A stretch of DNA of 64,000 bases. It comes from Octopus sinensis. Taxonomy: Eukaryota. The stretch lies in NCBI RefSeq assembly GCF_006345805.1, contig NC_042997.1, positions 9,548,001-9,612,000 of the forward strand, given 5' to 3'. Of this stretch, positions 12,366 through 27,044 are shown in pieces. Each line of letters begins with the position of its first letter. The first letter of the stretch is position 1. Position numbers and translations under genes: made by a program. The notes beneath the pieces are model-generated. The model was given only the letters and a program-made list of their open reading frames with translations, did not search any database and was not told the DNA's origin.

Positions 12366-13849
12366 TGAAATTTTAATTTATGCAACTTATAGAATGAGTG
12401 AAAGATCAAAGAACATGAGGAAGTTATATTAGTGCAGGAGAATATAAGAGTAAAGATGAATTTTGTTTGTCTTATTGTTTAATATGATTGATTCTCAGTC
12501 ATATTTTTTATATATTCTGTGCATAACTTGCATGATAACACATCATATTTCTCTATGCCCCATTTAAAACACAACAAAATTGATGCTTTGGCTTGCAGAG
12601 TTCTAGATTTGGATAGTAGAAGACAGTATCTGTTGTAGACAAGTTCCTCCCTACTCCCAAAACATACCAATGCACACAGATATTGAAATATGGTAATGTT
12701 GAAGCAACAAAGATACTCCGATTGACAGCTAATGATATATTCTGGAGAAAACTACATGCGTTCCTCATGTTGCTATGAATGGAAGATGTAACAGCATCTT
12801 GTGAGGGAAAGGTTTTTGTTTTCTTAGAATCCTTTAAATAAGTTATCTGTCATAAACTAGGCTCTTAAATTATGTTAAGATAATGTTCACTATTCAGCCT
12901 GTGCCATTACTGGTCCTTGTGTATGTATATACACACATACATACAAACAGATATTCACACACATACATAAAAACATACATTCACTCACACATACATGCAT
13001 GCATACACACATATACACACATGCACACACTTAGATATATGCATACATTCATACACATACATACATGGGTACATACTTATGTACGTACACATACATACAA
13101 GCATGCCTATGTACATATGCACATGTCTTATGTACGTATAAAATTTTAGATTTGTCAAAGTATTAGAAAAAATGTTTAGCAGTATTTGTTCCAGCCCAAT
13201 GTACTTCTAAAGTCAACTGTACTTTCCATCTTTCTGAAGTTACCAAAACGTATCCATCCTAGGTGGTGAAATGACAGAACTGCCAGAGAGTCAGAAAAGA
13301 TACCTTTTGATATTTGCTCCAGCAAAGATACCTTTTGCTATTCTGACAGCAATACCTGTAACAACACTAGAGCCAGTGTACAAAGTATCTCTACATAATA
13401 GAGCAGCAAATCTTTGTTTTGGCGATAACTTTTACAGGCGGATGGTCTAGTAAGTTAGAGAAATGCATTGACTCATAGATATGTTTTAAATGTCTTAGTC
13501 GAGTTTTGTTATTCTTTTAGAAGATAGCTGTACACTTAATGACCTTTAAAATGCAACGCTGTCGTTCCACTTATGTACATAATACAGTAAGCTGAGAGCC
13601 ATTGATTACCTAAGATTATCCATGCAATTAGTAAGCAAAACCTCCCTGTTGGTGTTTGAATTTTAAAACTAACATGCAAGATAGATAATTCTAATAAGGT
13701 TACATTTAGCTGATGCTTATTGGAGTTAACTCACTTGACTGTTGTATTTTTTTAATTTTAAATATCGATGGAAAAAAAAACTTGTTTAATTGCATGAATA
13801 ATTCTGTAAATAAAATATTCTCAACTTTCTGTATTACATATGTGAGATC

Positions 13850-14500
13850 CTAACCTGTATTTACTATTCAGAATGCTTCTCTGATATACACAGGTTTTTC
13901 ATGCAATAGTATGAAGAAAGGCATCTTGGGACCTGACTCCAGCCCCTATTCTTCTTATATTTAATTTCTTGTATGTCAAACTTTTGAACAAGGCATTTGA
14001 CAATCTTTCACACATGTATGATGGTATATTTTTTCTCTAGAGTTTCACAGCAGTATTGTGGTATTTCCATTATTTCAAGTCTCCTGGTGAAGACATTGTT
14101 TTAAATGTCTCCAATTGGTAAGCAAGGTATGAACTACAGTGAGACCATATTGTTGGCCTGTTGTCCCAACTAAAACAAGAGATATCCATCAATGTTGTTC
14201 TTCCTTGTATATGTTCTCAGTATCCAACCACAGAATTCTCAACAAATTGTCAGCAGTCCATGAATATGTGAAAGGTTCTCAAAAACATGCATCTCAGGCA
14301 GTTATGTAACAGGTTAAAAATAAGCACATAGTTTTGAATAGTTTCCCAGCTTAGGGATTATCTGTTTGCAACAAAGATTATGGTCATGGAATTTTGTATC
14401 TTTGAATGCTATTATCACTCATCTAGTTGCACTTAAGTATTATTGGGACACACAAATATTGTCATTTGTCTTAATCCTTAACATAATTTTAGTGCCATTG
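13850..14500 (-). mobile_element. Highly decayed CR1-like LINE ORF2 3' fragment
   Basis: The minus strand gives CGWILRT, followed by QLE..FTRRL-like and IIHV.KI..LVQKF-like blocks with many stops and frameshifts. Confidence 0.55.
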
Positions 14501-14859
14501 GAATAGATGCCAAGTCTGGCTGATTGTATATTTGTATCTTTGTCTCATAATGTGTGTGCATGTATGTGCATGTATGTGAGTGTGTGTGTTATGTGTGTGT
14601 ATGTTATTGTATAAGATAATAAATGAACATACACATGCATGCATACACATATATCAACATCATTTTAATGTTCACTTTTCCATGTTTGCATGGGTCAGAT
14701 AGAATTTCTTGAGGTGGATTCCACAGCTGGATGCCCTTCCTGTTGCCAACCTTTACCTATTTCAAGATCAGACATCTTTTTACAGAAAACTGAAAATGAA
14801 AGACTACTTGTATGATGGCGACATTTGTTTACAACTATTTTGAAGTCAGATCAAGTATG

Positions 14860-15880
14860 ACTGCTTTATCTTTTTCAATGAAAGTATTGATAAATTATTT
14901 GAATTTAAAACAGTGCTCAATGGTATAAGTACTGACATCTAATTTACAATAGAATGCAGTAAAAAGAAACTTCCGTTCTTGATATTTTAATAAAAAGACA
15001 GTCAATAACCAAATTGATAAACAGACATCTATTATAATCCAGAGTTGAAGCAATACTTATAATTTAATTCATGCTACCTGAAACACGTTAAAATAAATAT
15101 CCTTTTGAATTTAGTGAAAAAGATTTTGACAATAGTGTCTGATGCAAATTCCTATGACTTCATGAAATTAAAACCAGACATCATCCGCCTTCACTAATTG
15201 ATGATTGGATAAAATATTTGAAGAGACATCCAAACACTAAGGAAAATAAAATGAAATGCAACCAATTTTAAAATGCTACGTATATTTCTACCCACAACCC
15301 TAGAAACAATGAGGCATATAACATTATTATTCAAAATTTACCTATGCTCACTAGGGGCCCTAAGAACCAAATTCAAGGTACACACAAATTCATCAAAAAT
15401 TTTTTAAATCAACCAAAATCACTGAAGAAAATGCTGACAGGTCTGAAATTATACTCAGCAACAATGGAACCAAGAGTTAAAGATGCAGGGGATCAAACTG
15501 TGGAACAGATCCCAACCGAAAAGAAGGCTCAGAATTCCACTTTAAACAAGGACAACGATTCAAAATTATGACTGAGTTTACCTGTGTGTCTGAAAACTTA
15601 ATCTATGTCATAGCTTGTTCAGGTTGTGGACACAACTATACAGGTCAAACAAATATGTTTCTAATGGAGAACAACACTACATAAGGAACAAAGCCATTTC
15701 CAGCATATAGACAAATACCATTAAACAAACACACAAAGAGATATACAAGGAATCTCCAACTGAACTTTTCATTTTTTCCCTATCTACTGATGCAATGAAA
15801 CAACTTTTGCACAACAGCAGTTAAATAAAGAGACTATGTATATTGAAAAATACCAACTGCCCTTAGATATGAACACATAA
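14860..15880 (+). mobile_element. Penelope-like element remnant (RT C-terminus plus GIY-YIG)
   Basis: FTIECSKKKLPFL, TDIYYNP, FNSCYLKHVKINI, NLIYVIACSGCGHNYTGQT. Confidence 0.85.
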
Positions 15881-16342
15881 GCAATTAAGTAGTATGTAAA
15901 TATTTTAGTTCATATATTTATATCTTATTAATCAAAATATGATGAATTCACCTTAAAATATAAAAAAGAGTAAGCACCTTCCTTGCTTCTAATAATAACA
16001 ATCACTGATTACCTCCCCTGACATTTATTTGCCTCCTGATTCATTTACAAAATGTCCTTCCTCCTACTAATATGGAATGAAAACTTCCTATAACATTAAA
16101 TTATAACATAATCACTAACTTCTTAATCCTGATTAACACAAGCAAAATTTCTGTGCATTTTCCTACTTTTTATAGTTTTCACTAAATTTCATTATATGTA
16201 AATAAATTTTTATCAAAGTCGTTATGTTAGGAAAATGTTATAAAATTTTGTGTATAGTAACATAGTTTTTGGAGAAATAACCGGTTTCGTATATACTTTT
16301 AAAATTTCTCAAATTTCTTTACCTACATCGTGTCATATCTTC

Positions 16343-16379
<37 letters not shown>

Positions 16380-16384
<5 letters not shown>

Positions 16385-17280
16385 ATATTTTGTATTAACA
16401 AAGAGTTAAATCATCCACCTGTAATTCTTAAGAATCTAGTTTGTGATATAGGAAGGTGCGTATAATCCATTTCTTCAGATGGGACACATTTCAAAATACC
16501 ATACTGTATTATGATAATGCATTAAGGAACAGTGGATTCTCAGAGAAGATCCAGTATAGTCAAACTACTTTTAGAAATAATAGAACACATAGAACTAGAA
16601 CTAGGAAAGTTTTTTGTCTTAATCTGGCATTTAACAAACGTAGGTAGGACATTCTTAAAACTAGTTTCTAAACATTTTCAAACTAGCCATAAGATCTATA
16701 GAAGTTTTAATAGGACAACACTGAAGGTTAGCTAGTCTTGTTGCAAAAACTTCACCTCTTTAATTAATCAGCACAATATGAAAACCATTAGAAGCAACCA
16801 CAGTGAGGAATTTAACCAGAACAATTTCAGTTTCAAAGATCAGACTTGCTCTCCATTAGGAGGAAAATATCTTAAGAAATGAATAGTTTCTAGAGCTAAA
16901 GTGCATATAGATGGCTTACAAGAATACAAAATATATGCAAGAGCTTAGGAAAATTCCTTCGCAACTAGGTTTTATTCCCACCAAAATTATTTTTGATACC
17001 CCGAAAATAGGAGAGCAACAAGTCTTGCAAAACATGTATGGCTATTGCAAGAAAATGATGTCTGTCCTTTCAATATCAGCTGGCCAATTTTGGAGAAAGC
17101 AGCACCATATAAATATGGAGCATATAGAAGACCAATGAGATGCAATTTGTGCCTCTTTGAGAAACTTTTCATCTGTTCCCAGACAAACATGCATTGAACC
17201 AAAGGTGAGAGCTTTTAAATTCCTGCAGGCATGCTAAGAGGTTTAAAATGTCAGCTGAGAAAATACTGGATGGATAATTT
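16380..17280 (+). mobile_element. Second Penelope-like remnant from a different subfamily
   Basis: INKELNHPPVILKNL, TRKVF, NVGRTFLKLVSKHF..FNRTTLKVS, TSLAKHVWLL, ILEKAAPY..CNLCLFEK. Confidence 0.82.
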
Positions 17281-18010
17281 TTGACTTTCAAAAGTCTTTT
17301 GACTTTCGCATTTGAATTTGGCTTTTACACCTAAAATATAAACATCTTTTAGTATTACCATGCTGGTACATATTTTGCCTTCATATTTTACATTCAACTT
17401 AAAAAGCCTTCGACTGTTTTGCAAATTTAAATTTAAATTTTGCCGAGGTTTAATTTTTACTCATTTTTACTCATTTTCATATTCAAATTTTAAATTTTAA
17501 ATTCATATTTTTTGAATTCTTATTTTTAAAATTCATATTACACTTAATTGTATCATATCAATTTTCTTAATTAAATACTCAATACACCAGTTTTTAGTAT
17601 ATTTGTATGTACATATACGTTATGGTGTATATATGTATCTTGATGTGAATATATGTATGCAGATATATATATATATATATCTGTTTATGTTTATATGTAT
17701 ATTTCTATCTGCATGTGTGTTACTATTGTATATATGTATGTATTTACATAGATATGCATGTCTGTTTATTTGTGTACATTTTTGTGTGTGTTTGCAAGCT
17801 TACAGAAGTATATAACATTTGTTAGATACTGTTTGGGAATTCCAATTTCCAAATTATTTCTCTCTCTCTATCTGTTTTTCTCTTTTTTCCCTTTTTTCTT
17901 TCTTCTTTCTTCCACCTCTTCTTTTTCTTTCTCTCACTACTTCTTTTTCTTTTTCTAATTCGCAATAACTAAGTTGTACATTTAGAAAAATGCAAGGAAA
18001 CCCATTATGA

Positions 18011-18052
<42 letters not shown>

Positions 18053-18077
18053 ATGTGTATATGTGTATGTGTGTGTG

Positions 18078-18108
<31 letters not shown>

Positions 18109-18959
18109 ACGTAGATACCTATATATAAATTAGTATGTATATATATATATATATATATTGCCTGTATTTGTATATCTATGTGGACATGTACCAACATTTG
18201 TATGTTTAGTGTGTATATATGTATGTATAGGTTTTTTGGGATGTGTATGTATAGATAAATGCATATGCATTTTTATGATGTTAGTTCTTTCTGAGTGGAT
18301 ACTTTTATTATAAATGGACATAAATTTAAATTTATTTTACCATTAATTAACTTACCCTGGGTAATACAGATTTTTTTCTTTCTACTAAAGCTAATTTTTG
18401 ATTTAAGGTTTTCTTCGCTTTTAAATAATATGATTCTAATTTGTAATTCTAATTTTAATTTCATGTAGCCGGTTATTGAAAATAGTGTTAGTTGAAAGGA
18501 CCAATAAAACAAAACCAATTTCTTATGTGTATCTATCAATGTAATTGTATATTTATATGTATAACTTTTTTTGTTCCATTCTCAACCAAAACTGTCTGCC
18601 AAACAGGAATGTGAAACTTTGAGTAACAGTTTTTGTGATATCTTTGCAGCTTTATTAATAAAGCATATTACTCTACCTCTGGTATTCGAGTATACTTTTT
18701 TTCCGCCTTGTTTCACATTTATGCACTTACTCTGGTATATATCCATACACACACACATATATATATATACATACAGGTGTGTTTGTGTGCATGTGTGTAT
18801 GATATTTCAGACCACACTATCAAGATCACACTTCAATAAAGCACTCAGTATATTTAAAAAAAAGAGAGAGTACACATGTCTGTTGATTTAGATTCTGATC
18901 TGACTGCTAGCTGACTGTTTTCCTATGTTATAAGAATATTGTCAGACGGGTGAAAATTA

Positions 18960-19160
<201 letters not shown>

Positions 19161-20103
19161 AAAGGGAGAGACATATATGTGAGTGTAGCTCTATGGGTGT
19201 TGTTATGTGTGTGCAGCTGTATATGTGTGTCCATGGGCCTTATTTGAACTCAAAGCCATAAAACTGGAAATAAATATCATACAGAGTTAAATCATATTCA
19301 CAAATATCCACACCTCTACATAACAACTTTATATCTTACAACAATATAATATGCACATTTATGTCTCATTTTTCTTTTTAATGTTAAGAAAGTAATAATT
19401 TTATTCACCAACTGTCACATTATATACCACAATCACCATCATTATCATCATCATCATTGTCATCATCACCACTGCCACCACCACCATTACCGCCGCCACC
19501 ACCATCATCATCACTTTCCATATTATTGGCTCAGCTGTGAAGTAAATCTTGTTCAGCAATTTTTCCGTCTCCCATCCTTACCAAAATGATTAAATGTCTT
19601 TCTTTACCACATAATTATTTTAAATTATATTTTTTGATGTTCACTTCATTAAATACTTTAATACTAGCTTAACTATTGTTTATGTTGGAGATAGTGTCTC
19701 TGAATAATAAAGTTCAGTGATTTATATTTTTAGATATGCAAATTTTTCATAATATTGTATGCATACTTTATAATACTTTCATCACTAATTTGGTAAGTAC
19801 AATAAGGCCAATACCTCACTGTAACTGTCTCCTGTTCATGCTCAGATTATTAAAATAGTTTAATTGTCATATTTTGGGAGGGTCATTTTGCCAATAACCT
19901 ACAGAACTGGTTGAATTCACACCAGTTTTAGTTTTTGTTAACTAAATTGTCATAATCTTCCCATGCAATGTCTGTGGCATTTTCAATGATTTAAACTTCT
20001 TCAATTTATCAATGTGAAGAATCTGAAATCATAGCACCAAAACTGAAGCAAACTATAACTTGTGCATGATATATTCATATGTATATGTGTGTGTACATGC
20101 ATG

Positions 20104-20439
20104 TGAAGATGCACGGCTCAGTGGTTAGAGTGTCGAGCTAACGATCGTGAGGTTGTGAGCTTGAATACCGGACCGGGCTGTGTGTTGTGTTCTTGAGCAT
20201 GACACTTTATTTCATGTTGTTCCAGTTCACTCAGCTGTAGAAATTAGTTGCAACGTCATAGGTGCCAAGCTGTATCGGCCTTTGCCTTTCATTGGATAAC
20301 GCTGGTGGCATGAAGAGGGGACGCTGGTATGCATGGGCAACTGCTGGTCTTCCATAAACAACCTTGCCCGGACTTGTGCCTGGGAGGGTAACTTTCTAGG
20401 TGTAATCCCATGATCTGTGTCGTGACTGAAGGGGGTCTC
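20104..20439 (+). mobile_element. tRNA-derived SINE family B, copy 2
   Basis: Aligns with 2740-3075 end to end. Confidence 0.9.
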
Positions 20440-20705
20440 AGACATGCTAAGCTTGTCAGCATTTAAGCAAGATTATGCTGGTGTTAACAGTCTTTGTTGA
20501 TATTATGACTGGCTGCTATGTCCTATCAAAGACCTAGTGAATGAAAAAAAATCACTTTCTTGAGAAACAAGGAAGCATTGGTTATAGGAAAAGCATCTAA
20601 TCTGGCCATAAAATCTACTTCAAATATCTTGCCATTCGGACTCACGCTATCATGGAAAAAATTAACTTAAAATTAATAAACAAATGTGTGTGTGTGTGTG
20701 TGTGT

Positions 20706-21105
20706 AGGCGTAAACCCAGGAAGACATAGGACGAGGTGGTGAAGCATGAACTTCAAACGTTGGGTCTCACAGAGGTAATAACAAGTGGTTGAGACCTTTG
20801 GCAATTTGCTGTGCTTGAGACCACTCATCAAGAATAGGGAAATCATAGTCATGGCTGGTGCTGGGGACACATAAAAGGCACCCATGCTAGTGAAACTTAA
20901 AAGCCACCCGCTACACTCCTGGAGTAGTTGGCATTAAGAAGAGCATCCAGCCATAGGAACCAAGCCAAACCAGACTGGAACCTGGTACAGCTTTCTAGCT
21001 TACTAGTTCCAGTTAAATTGTCTAACCCATACCAAGAGAAAAGTAAGGGTTAAAGCAATGATGACGATGATGATCATGTTGTTGATGATGATGACGACGA
21101 TGATG

Positions 21106-21108
<3 letters not shown>
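20706..21108 (+). mobile_element. RTE LINE 3' fragment (ORF end plus UTR), diverged
   Basis: aaacccaggaagacataggacgaggtggtgaag (KPRKT.DEVVK), UTR motif and (GAT)n tail. Confidence 0.75.
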
Positions 21109-21136
<28 letters not shown>

Positions 21137-21640
21137 TATATATATATGCATACATACACACATACATATACACACATATATATATTTACATATATGTGCA
21201 CATGTATGTGAGGGACCCTCTGTGTGTGTGTGTGCGTATGTACTTAAATGAACCCAGATATAACATTCTAAGCTCTTTCAGTCTCCCAGAGCTAGTAGAC
21301 TAACAAGCCACAAGAAGGTGAGAGTTAAAATAGCAAAATATTAATCTATATACAACGGCATTAACAAATAAAATAAAATAGCACTGATACATTCTATACA
21401 ATATACTATCCTGCAGCTGAATTCTGGAAGCTTTTGCTTCAATGAAAGAAATCTTGAAGCTAGATCTGACAGGGATTAAAAGAAGCAGAGTTAAGCCTAT
21501 AAAACTTAAAAATATAATGAAGAAAGAACATATATATAGACATATATCATGAGTGTATATTTGTATATATACTCTCATCTATGCACACATATGCAGATAT
21601 AATAATACATACACACACACACAAACACATGCGTGCATGC

Positions 21641-21688
<48 letters not shown>

Positions 21689-21831
21689 TGTTTAAATGTG
21701 TGCATATGTGTATGTGTGGGTTGGCTATGGATGTACATTTAGAAAGACTTGTTCTCTTCCTGCTGTCTTACCATCACTCACTTTGTCTCTCTTCTTTTTA
21801 CACTCAAATTAATATATATCTACTGCAAGAT

Positions 21832-22873
<1,042 letters not shown>

Positions 22874-24101
22874 GCTTTCTTTCATATATTAGCACACAAA
22901 ACCATTTTCTTTGACACAATTTGAGATGGAAAAATCAAAAGAAATCAGCATCGGCTTGCTTTTGGCACATCAAACTGTGTATACTGTTGATAATGACACT
23001 AAAAACAAGCAGATGAATCAATATTTAGTTACAACAACAATAGCAAAAACAGCAATGCCAGTAACAATAATCCTTTTAACAACAACAATTAAAACATGCA
23101 AGTTAAACATCTTTATTGTCTATTTGTGCAGTTCTTTCAATGTTTATTCCTGTTTCATCTATATTATTTGAATAGAAACGATAGCTTATTGAAGTGACTG
23201 AAATAATAAGGTGTATGTTGTTTCCTCATCCTACATTCTCTATTCTTCTCTATTAGAGGTCATCTTTGCCTTTCATCCAACTGAAGTCAATAAAACATAT
23301 ACTAAAATATATACTAGTAATATACCAATGTAATTACAATTACTCCCCTTCGTGATAAATTTTGTAGCCTTATACTAATGTATTTTTTATTCTTATATAT
23401 TTTATGCCCATTTTATTATTCTGACATGGGGTTTATATGAATATGCTGTTGAGGTGTTGTTTTACAGCTGGATGCTCTCCCTGATGCTAATCCTTACCTG
23501 TTTCAAGTACAGAGACTCTCAAATCTTTCATTTTACAGGCTTTAAGGGTATGAAGTGACCACACACTCTACTGGCAGGAGAAATGCCAAGAGAGCATCAT
23601 GTGCGCATTGTAACTTTTGAATAGCAAGCAGCAAGGGTGAGCAAATGCACAAACACACACATGTATACTCTCTCTCTCTCACTCACTCACTCATTCTCTC
23701 TCTCGCTCTCTCTCTCTCTCTTTCACAAAGACACATATAAACGTATACATAGTTTTGCAATACACATTCTGCCTAACTCAAATCATTGTCTATACTACAT
23801 ATATTGTATATATTTGTGTGTGTACGCATGTGTGTGCACATATGTGTGTATGCATGTACATATGCATAGTTTAACTATATACAATCTTTGTCATATTTTC
23901 AGCTTAAGATCATCTATACCACATTCAACCATAGTTTCTAGCAGGGAAACAAAAGAAGTGATTCAAAGACCAATGCAGGATTACTTTAAAGATAAATAAC
24001 ACTATCTCTTCAAAAGTAAAATACATCACTTTGATGGTGCAGACTTTTAGAAAATAATTTAAGAAGTCAGAAGTATACTGCACATGACAGCATCAGAAGC
24101 A

Positions 24102-24304
24102 GCCGTTCAAGAATTTGGACCTGGATATCTCCATTTCCAGCGACTTCAAGGGCCACCTCCCAGTGGTGTCGGGCGTCAATGAAGAGCCCTCGACTACAAC
24201 AAGACAACCAAAGTTTTTTTTTTCCAAGGTCTGGGGTCTCCCACCCCTAAGCCCTAGACCATCACCATCACCCATCTTGTTGCTTAACAACAACAACAAC
24301 AACA
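24102..24304 (+). mobile_element. ~200-bp structured retroposed element, copy 2
   Basis: Flanking direct repeat acagcatcagaagcag (24087-24102 / 24305-24320) and (AAC)n tail. Confidence 0.88.
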
Positions 24305-24346
24305 ACAGCATCAGAAGCAGAGGCAACAATAAAGACAAAAAGTAGT

Positions 24347-24730
24347 GGAAGCACTCCGTCAGTTACGACAACGAGGGTTCCGGTTGATCTGATCAACGGA
24401 ACAGCCTGCTCGTGAAATTAACGTGTAAGTGGCTGAGCACTCCACAGACACGTGTACCCTTAACGTAGTTCTCGGGGATATTCAGCGTGACAGAGAGAGT
24501 GACAAGGCCGCCCCTTTGAAATACAGATACAACAGAAACAGGAAGTAAGAGTGAGAGAAAGTTGTGGTGAAAGAGTACAGCAGGGATCACCACCATCCCT
24601 GCCAGAGCCTCGTGGAGCTTTAGGTGTTTTCGCTCAATAAACACTCACAACGCCCGGTCTGGGAATCGAAACTGCGATCCTACGACCGCGAGTCCGCTGC
24701 CCTAACCACTGGGCCATTGCGCCTCCACTC
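24347..24730 (-). mobile_element. tRNA-derived SINE family D, full length and CpG-rich (young)
   Basis: Minus-strand head ggaggcgcaatggcccagtggttagggcagcgg with B box gtttcgattccc. 12-bp TSD acaaaaagtagt. Confidence 0.9.
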
Positions 24731-24902
24731 ACAAAAAGTAGTATACACGTTATGATACATACGTGGTCCCATTAACTAAGCATTTAGTTGTTCTACCGGC
24801 AATCATGTTGCACATTTAGGATTTGGGTGTACAGTCATCTACAGATTCAGCTCTGATAAAGATTATCATCATCACATTCAATGTACAGCATTAAGCAAGC
24901 AT

Positions 24903-25121
24903 ACTCTTACTCTTTACCTGTTTCAGTCATTTGACTGCGGACATGCTGGAGCACTGCCTTTAGTCGAACAAATTGACCCCAGGACTTATTCTTTGTAAAC
25001 TTAGTACTTATTCTATCAGTCTCTTTAGCTGAACTGCTAAGTTATGGGTATGTAAACACACCAGCATCAGTTGTCAAGCGATGTTGGGGGGACAAACACA
25101 GACACACACACACATACATAC

Positions 25122-25163
<42 letters not shown>

Positions 25164-25337
25164 ACACATATACAATAGGCGTCTTTCAGTTTCCGTCTAC
25201 CCAATCCATTCATAAGGCTTTGGTCGGCCCGAGGCTATAGTAGAAGACACTTACCCAAGGTGCCATGCAGTGGGACTGAACCCGGAACCATGTGGTTGGT
25301 AAGCAAGCTACTTACTACACAGCCACTCCTGTGCCTA
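24903..25337 (-). mobile_element. SINE family A, full length
   Basis: Reverse complement of the family consensus. Confidence 0.92.
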
Positions 25338-26761
25338 GCCTAGCATTCTGAACAATTTTAATTGGTAGGGGTCACTAAATATGATATTTAAAGATGGGGG
25401 TGTAAATAGGGGAACTGAGTTACTGAAAACTTTCTGAATGCTTTGCTAGCTTGCACAACTAAATTTCTATTTCAGATATAAAGCATGTATATAAAATCAG
25501 GTGTTATTATCTTAATATGGGATAATTCTTAGATACTCTATATGAAGAAACTTTGAATAAATTTTCAATACAGAACACTCAACAATGCAAATAGAACTCT
25601 TAGTTCCAGACATTGTATCCTTTTACCACCTTTTCTCATATTTCTAATAGCTTGCTGCGATGTTCTGGAGCTATTTTACACTTCTATCCCCTTCAAATTT
25701 CAAAGATAGAGATAATTCATATTCAATATTGAAATCAATCCTTTGATGCCTAAATTATCACTATGCACAAAATATTCATTTGTCTTCTAGAAAATGTTTA
25801 ATTTTTTTAAATATGTTTTTTTAGACATACACATGTATTATTGAAATATTAATAATTCTGTAACACCTATTAGATGTTATAATTGCTTGCAACCAAAATA
25901 TTGTTCAAATATAAAATACTAGGTTTCATTTTTGCTATTTTCTCTACAAAATATTAGAAGATTTTAGAATTATTAGCAAAAGGTATTATAGGTTTAAGAA
26001 TAAAATTTAAATAAAAATTAAAATTTAATATATAACACAACATACAATATGATATCACTATTGTGCATTAGTTATTGATTTAATTTTAACTTAGAAAAAC
26101 TTCAGAACTTTGCTAGTGTGAAAGATGAATTCTCTGGTGGAGAAATACATTTCAATTAGGTTTTCTTTCTTATTTAAATTTTCCTTAGTATCTTAAGGAC
26201 AATTTTACATCCAATTAAATATTTCTAAATGTAAAGTTCAGGTTCATAGGAATATCTACTTAATTTCACAAACTCTACTTTATATAGATAAAATTGTTTT
26301 TATTTATATTAGTTGTTGTTATCTATTGGACACAAAACTTTACTGTATTAAGTTACAACCCTTTACATTGTAAGTCAAAAATCTAACCATGATCAATTTT
26401 ATCTTTCAAATTTCCTGCATCAATTAAAATATAGCATCTGTCATGTTCTTGAATTGATTTATTTGATTATACTTCCATAAATATTTGTGAATTGCTAATT
26501 TTTAGAAATCAATTTTAATTTTATTACTATCATCATCTTTATCAGCAAAAGTACTATCAGAGGGTCAAGAGATCATCCTTCTTGTACTCATTCAGTGTCC
26601 AGGTATTACTGACTTAAGGAATTATATGTCAAGCAGTTGTTGTTGCATTTAAAATAGATTTGCCTATCAACAAAGTCTCTCATATAAATTTCCCAGCTCC
26701 CCACTTTTAGTCAGAAAGAATTACTAACTTTCCTCTATCTGGTAGCTTTGGCTAAATAGGT

Positions 26762-26975
26762 TCAGAGGAGGGTGAAGCTGAAAAGGCTGAAGGCTGACTC
26801 ATCTTTGATCAAGCTTTCTTTAACTTTTTCATATTCCACTTGGAAAAACACAAACAACAATAGTGAAAATGGGAAGAGAGAATGTACTTACATTCAGCAT
26901 GTTCTTGTTGGTCAAAGAGAAAAGTGCACATGTCTTTGGTAACTGAGGGGATCCCAAATCTTGATGGAGCGCCTT
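26762..26975 (-). CDS. Candidate host exons (26892-26975 and 26762-26838), product unknown
   Basis: tttttaatatag|84-nt exon|gtaagt, 53-nt intron with a pyrimidine-rich tract ending ccaag. The joined frame reads xGAPSRFGIPSVTKDMCTFLFDQQEHAELEYEKVKESLIKDESAFSLFSFTLL*. No family recognised. Confidence 0.35.
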
Positions 26976-27044
26976 CTATATTAAAAACACTGAATTATTA
27001 TTACCAAACTTTTTATTTTGTTATTGTTATTATTATTACTATTA

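Noticed and set aside
24115-24345. Recurrent peptide DLEISISSDFEGH..EEPSTTTRQPKFFF in three ORFs, suggesting duplicated exons
   Set aside because: The copies have TSDs, (CAA)n tails, opposite orientations and frame-breaking indels, so they are retroposed repeats.
24650-24730. Possible tRNA genes at SINE heads (also 2740, 20104, 28590)
   Set aside because: They continue into SINE bodies, two with clear TSDs, and lack a complete cloverleaf.
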